Both the position numbers and the translations under genes were made by a program. Shown one piece after another: positions 1 to 11,700 of a stretch of DNA of 64,000 nt. Position 1 is the stretch's first letter. Each line of letters opens with the position of its first letter. This stretch comes from Phoronis australis (Eukaryota > Animalia > Phoronida): contig NMRA01000133.1 in assembly GCA_002633005.1 (NCBI GenBank), positions 834,376-898,375 on the forward strand, given 5' to 3'. The notes beneath the pieces are model-generated. The model was given only the letters and a program-made list of their open reading frames with translations. It was not told where the DNA came from and did not search any database.

Positions 1-1233
1 AGCTGATCAGATTCATGTGAACATCATATCTCAGATTCAGTTGATCAGATTCATATGCAACATGATATCTCAGATACAGCTGATCAGATTCATATGAACA
101 TCATATCTCAGATACACCTGATCAGATTCATATGCAACATCACATCTCAGATACACCTGATCAGATCATATGAACTTCATATCTCAGATACAGCTGATCA
201 GATTCATATGAACATCATATCTCAGGTACACCTGATCAGATTCATATGCAACATCATATCTCAGATTCAGTTGATCAGATTCACATGAACATCATATTTC
301 AGATACAGCTGATCAGATTCATATGCAACATCGCATCTCAGATACATCTGTTCAGATTCATATGAACATCATATCTCAAATACAGCTGATCAGATTCATA
401 TGAACATCATATCTCAGATTCAGTTGATCAGATTCATATGCAACATCATATCTCAGATACAGCTGATCAGATTCATATGAACATCATATTTCAGATACAC
501 CTGATCAGATTCATATGCAACATCACATCTCAGATACAACTGATCAGATTCATATGAACATCATATCTCAGATTCAGTTGATCAGATTCATATGCAACAT
601 CATATCTCAGATACAACTGATCAGATTCATATGAACATCATATTTCAGATACACCTGATCAGATTCATATGCAACATCACATCTCAGATACAACTGATCA
701 GATTATATGAACATCATATCTCAGATACAGCTGATCAGATTACATGAACATCATATCTCAGATACACCTGATCAGATTCATATGAACATCATATCTCAGA
801 TACAGCTGATCAGATTCATATGCAACATCATATCTCAGATACAGCTGATCAGATTCATATGCAACATCATATCTCAGATACACCTGATCAGCTTCATATG
901 AACATCATATCTCAGATACAACTGATCAGATTCATTTGAACATCATATCTCAGATACACCTGATCAGATTCAAATACAACATCATATCTCAGATACAACT
1001 GATCAGATTCATATGAACATCATATTTCAGATACACCTGATCAGATTCATATGCAACATCGTATCTCTGATACACCTGATCAGATTCATATGCAACATCA
1101 CATCTCAGATACTGCTGATCAGATTCATATGAACATCATATCTCAGATACAGCTGATCAGATTCATATGAACATCATATTTCAGATACAGCTGATTAGAT
1201 TCATATGCAACATCATATCTCAGATACACCTGA
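1..1233. repeat. 38/39-bp tandem satellite (~32 units, runs off the window start), consensus TCAGATTCATATG(C)AACATCATATCTCAGATACAGCTGA
   Basis: Head-to-tail units are directly visible, with no unique spacers. ORFs 55-288 and 707-901 are translations of the repeat. Confidence 0.97.
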
Positions 1234-2035
1234 AACATTTAAATACCATGTTTCGTACAGTGTTCTACAAAACTCTGTCAGAAATCATTTTTAAAGTGTT
1301 TTACTTTTGCATTACGAGTAATTAATAATAGGAATTTATCAAAAAATTTTATGAAAAAAAGTCTGTATCAGGCAAGAAAGCAATGATAATTTAGAAATTT
1401 TTAGCAGCATTTTTGAGATTTCACTGGAACTTTTTATCTAGTTAAATTTGGTAAGGGGGATAACGACTGTGAACATGTAAAAATTTATTTATGCCATATA
1501 CTGACCAAGAAACATTACAATTAATCGATCTACCTTTCTCGACTTGCCTCGGCTTTGTAACTACTTTCTGGGTCAGAGGTCCGGGTTCGGAGGTCGTGAC
1601 CTTTTAAGAAAAGCCGAGCTATTTTTGTCAAATAATGCTTTTACTCAGAACCAATTGAAAATTTAAACAAAATAGAAATAAAATGAATCTATAAGTTCAT
1701 TAAAGTTTAGCAACTATTATAGGTTACTACACATTTTATCATGCTAAGCTTCGACCGGGAAAATATCGTCTGCTAAAGTAGGTTACCACTAGTAACTGAG
1801 TATAATGCTGAAGTCAAAGGATCTTGCTGACACAATACTTATATTCAAATTCTAGATCGGTGATTTACAAGTTAAAGAACAAGGGAGAAAAATTTCACTG
1901 AATTAAAATATTGTTTTTATGGAAATTACGTGTCTTATTTTTCATAGCGTATAAATGTTGGTACAATGCTCTTTGCTGAACATTGTTGCGCGTGCTCATG
2001 TAAGTATTCTATTTTTACGTTCAATGACGTCAGTC

Positions 2036-2106
2036 GCTGAGTGGTGTAGTGGTAAAGTCGGTGACTCGAAACTCTTGAGACCCGGGTTCGAAACCGGCCT
2101 CGTTTT
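2036..2106 (+). pseudogene. tRNA-derived sequence (SINE head or tRNA pseudogene)
   Basis: A-box-like TGGTGTAGTGGTAA and B-box GGGTTCGAAACC lie at tRNA spacing. The T-arm CCGG/CCGG pairs, but the anticodon stem (GGTGA/CTCTT) and the acceptor stem do not. Confidence 0.55.
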
Positions 2107-2421
2107 CCTGCCAAAATGTTATCCCACTAGCGAGATAACTAAATGAGTTAGTACACAGTTGTATTTGCCATTTGACGCTAATATTGTGGTATAAGTACCT
2201 GTATGCATACATGTGTATGAATGTTCATGTATACATGCATGTGGAGTTTGTTTGGTGTGTTATATTTGAGTAGAAAAGTGGTAGAACAAGAGCTTGTGCC
2301 ACTCACATACAAGATTAGTCAATGTTACAGTTGTCAGTTATAAATTGTCACTTTAAGCCACTTATTCAAATGCTGTGAACTTTTTCGTGTCTCATCTACA
2401 TGCTGTATGACACCTTCACAG

Positions 2422-2589
2422 GAATTGGTGGTCCACAGCGCAACACCACCCCCTGGAAGACTTCACCAAGCACACCGTTACCGGGAGCAACAACGACGCC
2501 GAGATATGCGGTACTTGGCGCACTTTTTGAAGAAAGAAGTTTACACTGAGTTTCATGACAGCTTCTCTTTGAGTCGAGTTGTTCAAGAT
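2422..2589 (+). CDS. Internal exon of a bHLH-leucine-zipper gene (Myc/Mga-like): basic region, helix 1, loop, start of helix 2
   Basis: cacAG|GAA...GAT|GTGAGT, 168 nt, phase 0-0. Encodes HRYREQQRRRDMRYLAHFLKKEV...SLSRVVQD, with the H-xxx-E-xx-RR group-B basic motif. Confidence 0.8.
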
Positions 2590-3160
2590 GTGAGTTTAAG
2601 TAACTTTACATACCATATTTCAGAGTGATTAAAAGTTATAACTGAAATGTGTTGTGAACATATGCTTTCATGTTGATGTGTTGGGGTGCATTTCATATGA
2701 CCAATTGGGCTTTTGATCACTGACTTAGGTGCACTCAGAGTTTGGCCTCTGGGTCCATAGATTCGACACAAACTGTGTACTTGGGTTGAGACAAATGATT
2801 CAATCTGCGACCATGGTGCCCTTTCCATAAATAACTGACTTAGCTATTGCAAATCTTAGATTTAACTAAATTTTAAGATAAAACTTCAATTTGACTTAAA
2901 TCTGTTCCAAGAAAGTGGCCTTAAGCTTGACTTGGTTTTTGTTTTAAATTTGACTAACTTACAGGATGTGGAAGTTTCAGAGTTTGAAAATTGAGACAAA
3001 TCTTAGACTTATGTAAAAAATTAAATTAAGTCAGTTTGTTGGAACGGCTCATGGTGTCTAGGTATGAGGTTTAGCTAGAATTTAAAGGTCAGACGCCAAA
3101 TATTTCTCCACCCTGATTTGTTCTCTTGTCTCGTCGTCTCACTGTGGGTTGTTACTTCAG

Positions 3161-3272
3161 GCTACCAATCTCATAAACAACCTTGACAAGGACCAGAAGA
3201 AAATGATGGAGATTAAAGAAGAACTGCTCAAGGAAAACGTCCGCTTGAGTGACAAGTTGAAGAATCTGCAAG
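3161..3272 (+). CDS. Internal exon of the bHLH-Zip gene: helix 2 and leucine zipper
   Basis: ttcAG|GCT...CAAG|GTAAAT, 112 nt, phase 0-1. Encodes ATNLINNLDKDQKKMMEIKEELLKENVRLSDKLKNLQ with heptad L/M/L/L/L. In frame with both flanking exons. Confidence 0.85.
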
Positions 3273-4025
3273 GTAAATTGTGGTGTTTACCATGAATGTG
3301 GTGACTGCTGATGCTTTGGTAAATTTTGAACAAGGATATCATGTTTTGTAAGTTGTGCAGGGATATCATGCTTTGTAAGTTGTGCAAGTGCTGAACAGAA
3401 TCATGGGTTGAACTGCTTAGGTACAAGCTCAAAATCAGATCACTTTTATTCCTGTAAAAATGCCCTTGTACAAAAACATTTTAAAATAGTTATGCGCATA
3501 ACTAGTTCTCCAAAAATTGAATGGTTATCAATACATATTTACAAATGTTCACACTATTATTTGTTGATGTCCGCTTATTGAATTAAGATAAGGAAAGGTG
3601 CTTACTGTAGCACATGGCAACAGAGTTTCTCTAAAGAAAAATGGTACTCATCATTAATAGTATTGAGGCACACTGTCTGCATGGTCATTTTTAGTGGCTT
3701 CCTACTTCAGCAGAGATTTGATCCACTGTGTCTGTGTGGGTCAAGTTTTAGACTTGTTAACATTTGATAGTTAACTGTATGTGAAAATACAGTGTAGAGT
3801 TAAATGCAATATTTTGTTACTATCCTTGTAAGTAACAGTCCCTTGTTTATTGCATAACAAATTGGAAAGAATTAAGTTTCGCATGTGACACTTTGTTTTA
3901 ACTAAAGAAAGTGGGATCTATAATTTGACAATAATGAAATCTCGCATTGGAAAAAATACAAAGTCTCTGAGAACATACCCATTAGTTGTATAAATTATTT
4001 CTATGTTTTGAAGTGCTAATAATTC

Positions 4026-4232
4026 CAGTGTTAATCCTGGTATTCTGTAGCTGTGAAGTGGTAGTGTAACACTACATTACAGTGTTAATCCTGGTATTCT
4101 GTAGTTGTGAACTGGTAGTGTGACAATACATTACAGTGTTAATCCTGGTATTCTGTAGTTGTGAACTGGTAGTGTGACAATACATTACAGTGTTAATCCT
4201 GGTATTCTGTAGTTGTCAAGTAGTAGTGTAAC
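4026..4232. repeat. 54-bp tandem repeat, nearly 4 copies
   Basis: CAGTGTTAATCCTGGTATTCTGTAG... starts at 4026, 4080, 4134 and 4188. Confidence 0.93.
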
Positions 4233-5845
4233 TCTAAATTCCATATATTTTTGTATCATGTATACTACCACTGTAAAAAGTCTTCATTTTAGGACAGTGA
4301 AAATTAAAATTTTTTGTTCTGATCGGAGCTTGTACCAAATTATTGAAATAGACAGTATTGGCCGCCTCAAATTCATGAATTCTGATCAACGACAGACCAT
4401 CGTTCACCTCGATGTTATGAACTGTGGTGATGCACGAATTTGTTGTGTCAACTAATTTTTTTTCTTTTAATTTTTGATCTGCAAATTTTTTTCAAACTGT
4501 TGATAAGAACAAAATGCGTTGTCTGATATCTAAGAAATACGCTGAACGCCAAAATCGCCCATGTTGCAATCGTCAGAATTACAAAAATTTCAGCTTGAAT
4601 TTCGCTGCCCCAAATTCAGGAATTCTGATCAACAACAGACCATCGTTCACCTTGACTGCCATAGGCATTTAAATCGCCCACAATAAATATTTTAAAATAT
4701 TTTCTGAACTATTGCATTATTTGTTTCACCGAGGCACATCTTTAAAGGAAATGTGCATATGATACTTATTAACCTGTTCAGCACAAATTACGTTTTGTCA
4801 AATTTCTCAACAAAAAAGTTAAAACAACATTTGGCAATATTTTCATAATGTACTTCCTGGTATTCAATCTTTGGAACAGAAAAATACAACAATGATGAGA
4901 ATTGTGGGAAATATGTGAAGAAGCACTGTGGCAGTAAAAGATATTAAAGTGGAATGTGCACGCTAATTCCAAGTCTCTGTGATTCCTTGGTCAAATTAGT
5001 TAGAAACACAACATATAGCGACCATGTAAATATCAAGTAGGTTGATAATTGCCAAATGTTTTTAAGAATGTGTCGAAAATGATCTGCCGTAAATCACTCA
5101 ACGTTATCCAGTAAGTACCGTGACATGGTGTTGGGGAATAACACTGCATGATGCAGGCTATGTGAGTCCCCGAGGTACGTAACCAGTGCAAAAGTCGCCT
5201 ATTTGCAGGTTTTTTTGTTTTTACATTTACAAGTTGTCAGTGAAGACAACTGCACTTTGTTTAGCGTGGATGATGTTCTAATAGCATTGTCATTTAGTTT
5301 GTGCTGTACATTAGCATAGTTAGAAGTATGCAAATACATCTTTAAATTTGAATTTCATGGAGTTTTACTTGCAAATAAAACAAACAATTAATGCAAATAG
5401 ACTTTACTGCTGAGAAGTATATTCTAAGGCAAAAAATCCAGGAATTCTGGAAAGGTGGGAGTCTATGTTAGCTGACTTAAGTTATCAATGCACTGATACG
5501 TTTTTTTGTACACTTAAATTAATCTGAAAGGAGCCTGTACTGTGCGTGTGTGCATGTGCACCATATATAAGTCAGTACCTTAACGCTATTGGTGACATTT
5601 TTGTAATGTCAACTTTTCGCAATGTTATGTTTGAAGAATAGATGGTGAAAAAATGCTGTCTATGAAAGAGTGATCCCTTCACCATCAAGGTATTTATTTT
5701 AAAAGCTTTTGTCTGTCAACTTATTTTAAACGTTGCATACAACTTTTCAGTCACACTGATCTTCGGAGTTAGTACGTTCAGTGGTATAATGAGCATGGTC
5801 TGCAAGAACTAAGCCACTTTCATTTGTCATTTTTGTGTTTTGTAG

Positions 5846-6108
5846 AAAAAAGGAAACGTGAGAAGTTGGAAGCCCTCAAAGGAATATCTGATGAAGTTGT
5901 CGTGGCGTTGAATGTTAACGATGCTTCAAGTGTGTGTGAAACACCCTCGACTTCCATTATTAACGACAATGGCATTGTTTCCAGTGACGTTGGTCAAGCT
6001 GTGACTGACAATATGGACGTCAGCTGTGTGATTGAAGTTGATGAGAATGACGTCAATGATGTTGAAATTGATGGAAGTTTTGACTTAGATTGTGTTCTTG
6101 ATATGTGA
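5846..6108 (+). CDS. Terminal coding exon of the bHLH-Zip gene (basic patch then acidic tail)
   Basis: Pyrimidine tract tttttgtgttttgtAG. The phase-1 join gives EKRKREKLEALKG...DCVLDM*. TGA at 6106-6108; ATTAAA about 60 nt downstream. Confidence 0.75.
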
Positions 6109-7281
6109 TCTGTTGTAATGCAACTGTTCATTATAGAAAATGTGAGATGATTATGATCATGGTTTAAAATTAAATTTATCCAATCTAAGGCCAGCTGGCT
6201 TTGAAGTGATTTTGTTGCATAATTTTTGTTTATTATTTACAAAATACCAGACAGTATTATACTGGTCTCTTATGTCTTTGAAATTATAAGTAGTGTACAA
6301 AGCCTTATTTGTTATGTTTAAGGCAATTGGATAGTTTTGTTAACAAGGGTCCAATTTGTTAAGTAATTTTAAGTATTACATAATAGTAGACCCATAAAAC
6401 TATATACTTTCGAAAGCCTTGACGATCACAAAATTTTATGTACACGATAGCACTTCCCTGTTTTTGTAATCTCGTGATTGTATTTTTTTTGATTTTAGTT
6501 TTATCCACATTGCCATATTTTCCTCAAATACAACATTTTTGCTCAAAACTTGCCCAGTCGTTTTCTTTTTTCTTTTAACTAAAGAGTCCCATTGGGATTC
6601 AGACATTTTAGCTGTGAGCTCAGCTGTCAAAAATCAAGACTTCTGTTTTTGTTCAAGGAATGTTGATAAAGAGGCAGAGTTCACTAGTTTCATGCAAATT
6701 AGTTTTATGTACATGAAAAGATTCTGTGATCATCGAAAATTTTCAAAATATTTAGTTTTATTGGTCAACTTATAAAATCTGATTCTTGGTAGTGAGCATT
6801 TATGTATGCTATTACCTTTTAGTGAAATTTGGTTTCAGTTAAACGGGTAGCTGCTGATGTAGTTATTGCAGCAGAAAATCAGTTTTGTTGCTAATTGTTT
6901 TCTTAGTTGAATTGTTTTTCCGTGTACTATAATGTTAAACAAATGTACAGATCAAAATTCACTAAATGTTGCAAAATGAATTGACGTGTCCCCAATATTG
7001 TCTGCAACCAAATTAGTCCATCATCATCCTTGATATCTTAATTCCGTTCGCTACCTTTTCAAATAATAGTAATAACAGTGATATTATTATTAATGATGAT
7101 AATAATAATAATTGAACATTTTCTTCATAATGGTGCCATGTCACCTAGTGAGTTTATGCAGCTTGTTTCTTTCACGTAACTAGATGTGGGAGTATTTCAA
7201 ATTCTATGGTTTGTGTTGTTAATATGTAATGGCTTCATTCACACTGACCAATATTCAGTGTTCCATTATCTGAAAGCCAAT

Positions 7282-8020
7282 TACTGTACATGAGCAGGCT
7301 AACGCCGAAGCTTGACTTACTGCCCACCCTCATAAGTCCCAAATTTTTACTTTTGCAAAGCGCTCATGATCGTTTAACACTCACCCCTAATTAATACCCC
7401 TAATTAATACCCTTAATTAATACCCCTAAATAATACCCCCAATTAATACTACAGAGACTTCCTTGTAAGTACCCATGTCTTTATGCCATCTGAATTCTGC
7501 CTTCCAAAACTGAAGCTACAGGCAACTTTCATACCTCTGATTAGCAGATGGTCAGTTTCAACGGAGCCTTTTCTCTGGGTGGGAAGTTGTAGTGTTTCTC
7601 ACTACCATATTAAAGTGCTCATTGCACTGTATCTTACTTGACCTACTTGTGCGAAAAAATATGTGAAAACATTCATGAGACCAGTGCGTGGCCATCTCAT
7701 AATGCACTCGTGATGTTTTTATTGCAAAAAATTGAAGACGGGCTGCGCAAAAACTTGGGTCAGGCTAGTGAACTAGCGTGCGCGATAACTCTGTTCTAGA
7801 TTGTAAGCCACATACTACATTGCTTACAATCTGGCAACATTTCATTTTACTCATGCACTTTATGTTGGCAGTCTATTTTGCCCCCTCAGCGTTAACCCAA
7901 TTGGATGTTCAGGTAAGCACCGACCCTCAACTTATGGTTTTTGGCTCCTATTCTGTGCATACCCTGACTTGAGTTCCCCAATGTCGGCTCCCTGGGCAGT
8001 AAGTCGGAACAATTACAGTA
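7282..8020. mobile_element. Non-autonomous DNA transposon (Tc1/mariner-like ends) containing a 13-bp CCCCTAATTAATA x5 array
   Basis: TACTGTA...TACAGTA ends. Perfect inverted GACTTACTGCCCA (7314-7326) / TGGGCAGTAAGTC (7993-8005). Confidence 0.55.
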
Positions 8021-8585
8021 TTTGTGTGGAAAGAGTACATTCTCAAAAGCATGTTGTTAGCAAATCCTATGTGTAAAATGTACAGATTTAATTAAATGAT
8101 ATGAATGTGTTGAGAAGCAAGAAATATATTTTTATAAATATCTTGTATCCAGAGTTTTGTATTTGTGAGCTAATACAGTCCTCTTCATCACTGGCATAAC
8201 CATGGGTGCATGACTCGTCCATGACCCCCTGTCCATTGCAGGGTGACCCTGTTGAATAATTGTGTTCCTTGTGCTGATGGTCCATGTTTCATTATTTTAT
8301 TTTTGTGCGCCCACATATTTATATGTGGACGCATTGTGCCATCATCTCCGTCCATCCGATGTATTGGACGTTTTGTGGCTATTTTTATGAAACAAATAAA
8401 CAACCCTAGAAGCACACCATTTGCGGTGCATTCGTGGGCGCATTTCAACGCGCCGCGTTGCTCTTGTTTATTGATCAACCACTTGACGGGTCTTAATATG
8501 ACTCGAGTTTACACCAATGGTCATCAGTTTTTGGGCAGATTTGATTGTTATATTACTCTTCGTTGTTACTTTTGTTTGACAAAAG

Positions 8586-8745
8586 TGCCGTCCACACCCA
8601 GACTTACCCTAGAACAAGTTACTCCTGGAACAAGTTGTCGCTAAGTTTGAGGGTCAGTTGTTCGGTCGCTACTTATACTAGTGCAACTTGCCCCACTTGT
8701 GACAACTTACTCCACCTTATAGAGGTGTGGTAACATGTTCTAGTG
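8586..8745. mobile_element. Dispersed repeat family A (non-autonomous element fragment)
   Basis: Motifs CTTACCCTAGAACAA and CTAGTGCAACTTGCCCCACTTGTGACAACTTA recur at ~13048-13175, ~17470-17552, ~33200-33416 (inverted) and ~54543-54780. Confidence 0.7.
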
Positions 8746-11700
8746 TGATTATGTCTGGCCTCAATAAGGGTCCAGCAAGTGTTTTGTAGCTTCAGGTAAA
8801 AAAAGATTCTTTCACGTTTTTCTGTGTACCAAACTGTACAGACAATTAGATTTATGGATCAGATCCTTTAAAAAAACAACAGGTGAAACTTGAACATTTC
8901 TTTGGTCTTAACTTCCTTGTGTGTGGTAAGCAAGATTGTACTGCATGATGACACATAGTTGTGAATTTATGTTCAGGTGTATAAAACATTCCCAAATAAG
9001 GACTCTAGTAAGTTCCCTAAACGTACTGCATATTTGTGGACTTAAGAAAACATTGATTGTCCTTTCTTATACTGTTTGAGTGTCATTACTAAGTCAAATT
9101 TTGCCTTTGATACAAATCGAGAGTGAACTCTTGTTGAGTTATCAACATTGTCAAAAATAAATAGGGGTCGTTTCATGCAACACCCCTAGGACTATGTCCC
9201 TATTTATTATCCTTGAACTCCGGGCTCAGTTTTTGTTATGTTATTGGAAAGTGTCATTAGTCAAAGAGGAGCTCATATTTAAGATGAAACGATAGAAAAA
9301 GATTAAATCTGTCAGTAAACAAAGAATTCGCAAAAGATTTTGGGAACTTAGTTGAATTCCTGTTTGGGATTGTTTCATGCAACTGGGTGTTGATCTCCAC
9401 GGCAACAACCATAAGAATGTGTCAAAGGTTACGGCAATTGTGCCAGGCTCATAACTTCAACATACAACATAATAGCACCATTGTCTGTTGATTACCATTA
9501 AATATCCTTAACATAGCTCTAGTCATAATACCTGGCTCCTGATGGTGTTTGGACAGTCTACCTGAGGTTGTATTGCATTGTTGTTACAATGCAACACTGG
9601 GGGTATAGGCCATTATGTCTACAATCACCTCTCCAGTGGCCAAGGAACTCGCACAACATGTGCATGGCCTCACCTAAAGTAAATGTGGAATCTGCTTCCT
9701 GAGCAACTGAGGACATGCAGCTATCATGGTATTGGTGTACTTTTACAGTTTGACCCACTAAGAGGTAGGTAACTGTTTTGTGTAAACCTGTGGGAGTTCA
9801 CTATTGTAATGTTTCTCTCGGGGCCTTATGTGCCAGTGTTTTTATTAAGAAAATTATAATTTTCAAAAATGTTGGTGACCTATTGAAGTCTGAATCAAAT
9901 TTCCATTATAAGCTATCCTGGGTAAGTAAGTTGAAAAATGGCCTGGGGGTTGAAGATACAAATGCCACTACTACAAGAGGTTATTTGATACTGATAAGAT
10001 ACCTTATAATCCTGGGTAATCACCCTGCACAAACATGACATGGGTGTTCACTGGAGGTTCATCTTTTGACTGGGTTGTTACTGAGATCAGTCTAGTGGTT
10101 AAATGTGTGCCCTGTTATCCGCTCTTCACAATGCATCAGTGAAGGTTGGGACCAACTAGTTGGAAGTGACTACATCTTCGCCTTCCCATAGAAGTAAGTG
10201 GGTAAAACTTGGGTAAAAATGAGCTGATTTCATGTTGAATAGTCTTGTCCCTTTTGTACAGTTATGTGTGGCTGAGAATTTCACGTTCACTGGTTTTTTG
10301 GGGAGCCTTGGGAATTTGAAATCGGTTATTATGTAAGGTATGGGACTAATGAAATTTTTGCTATGTACATTAATGCAAAATACCAGTGTTGGCCAACACG
10401 TGATTCAAAGAACTTGAGGCAATTTTTAAAACTTATTGAGGGGATTTCCAGTGAACTGTGTTCTTCATCACGGGTGGTTCATAGCTCGACCCAAAACCTC
10501 AATTAAGCAGGACTAGTTTCTAGTATTGAGATTTGAAAAGAAACAAAATTTTCTAGTCTGGTTTCAATGTTTTGACAATTTCGTTTACATAGTTGGTACA
10601 CCGATTGAAGTTTATGAAAACGAAAATAAGGCGGCAATTCTTTGTCCAAAATTGCCTGAACCATGCAGTAATCGAGGCTTCTGCCAATGAAGACCGATAG
10701 TCAAAATGTTCCTTACTCAGATTAGAAGTAATTGCTTTACTGCTGAAGATCTGACATTGCTCGTTAGCGATGCCACCACTAGCAAATTGTCAGTTATTAA
10801 GAGGCCCAGAAATTGCAATTAAGTTGAGCAAGGGAAAATTAGAGACCAATTTTTATAACCCCACGTATTCCTGTGGTGTTCATGCCCCCAGTACAGCTTT
10901 CTGCAGGCTTCTGGCCTCTTGAACAACTTGCAGGGTTTTTATGAAATGTGGCGGACGTGTTCCTAATGAAGCTGACTACAGATGGCATCAACTTTAAGTT
11001 TGATCCGAGTACTGCAATACCTTCTTGCTGCAATTTTGATTTTTTACATTTGCTGTTGTGTCTACCAAATTCCTTCATGATGGATTTTTATGAAATTTGG
11101 CAAATAAGTCTCTGTTAAGGAGAATGCGAAACCTACTTCTGGACAGATTCAACGTATTCTGCATCCCCTGGTGGTCATTTTCATTATTTTTAGTCTTGTT
11201 TTGGCATCAGCCTCTTGATCAGCCAAACTACTAAAAAGATCATTATTTAGCAGATGTATCTTAAAGTTTATTAAGAACACAAGTCTCTGTTGCTTGATGT
11301 TTGGACGCAGACAGGTAAGGGGGTTTGTAGCCACCCTAGTGATGTTTATGTTTTCGTGACTCTGCCTCAGGAATCTGCCAATTAAGGAGGCGATAGTCCT
11401 TGCCCTGCAGTTTTGAATGAATTCTGCACCCCCTAGTGGCTATTTTCATTATTTCCGTGCCTCTTTGATGGTGTCCACCTCCCTATCTGCCAAGCAGTGT
11501 TAAATGTCATGAAAATTGCCCGGTAATTAGTTCCTTGAAGGTTCTTTATTAAATTTGATATTGTATGTAGTCCTTTTGAGTAGAGCATGGCTTTATGGAT
11601 TTCGAACGTATTCAAAACCTATGGTGCCCTGTAGTGGTAATTTTGTTTTTTTGTGTGTCTGGCTGTCATTCCTGATCATTTTAATAAGTTGGGTTTTCAC

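Noticed and set aside
1-1233. CRISPR-like array suggested by 38-bp partly palindromic units
   Set aside because: Units are contiguous with no unique spacers, there are no cas genes, and the context is eukaryotic.
2036-2106. Functional tRNA-Ser(CGA)
   Set aside because: Anticodon and acceptor stems do not pair, and there is no long variable arm.
4362-4655. ~52-bp direct repeat pair as LTRs or recombination sites
   Set aside because: No TG...CA ends, TSD or coding content; more likely internal repeats of a decayed element.
10680-10712. Second hammerhead-like motif (TGAAGACCGATAGTCAAAATGTT)
   Set aside because: Both catalytic boxes are degenerate and no stem I can be drawn.
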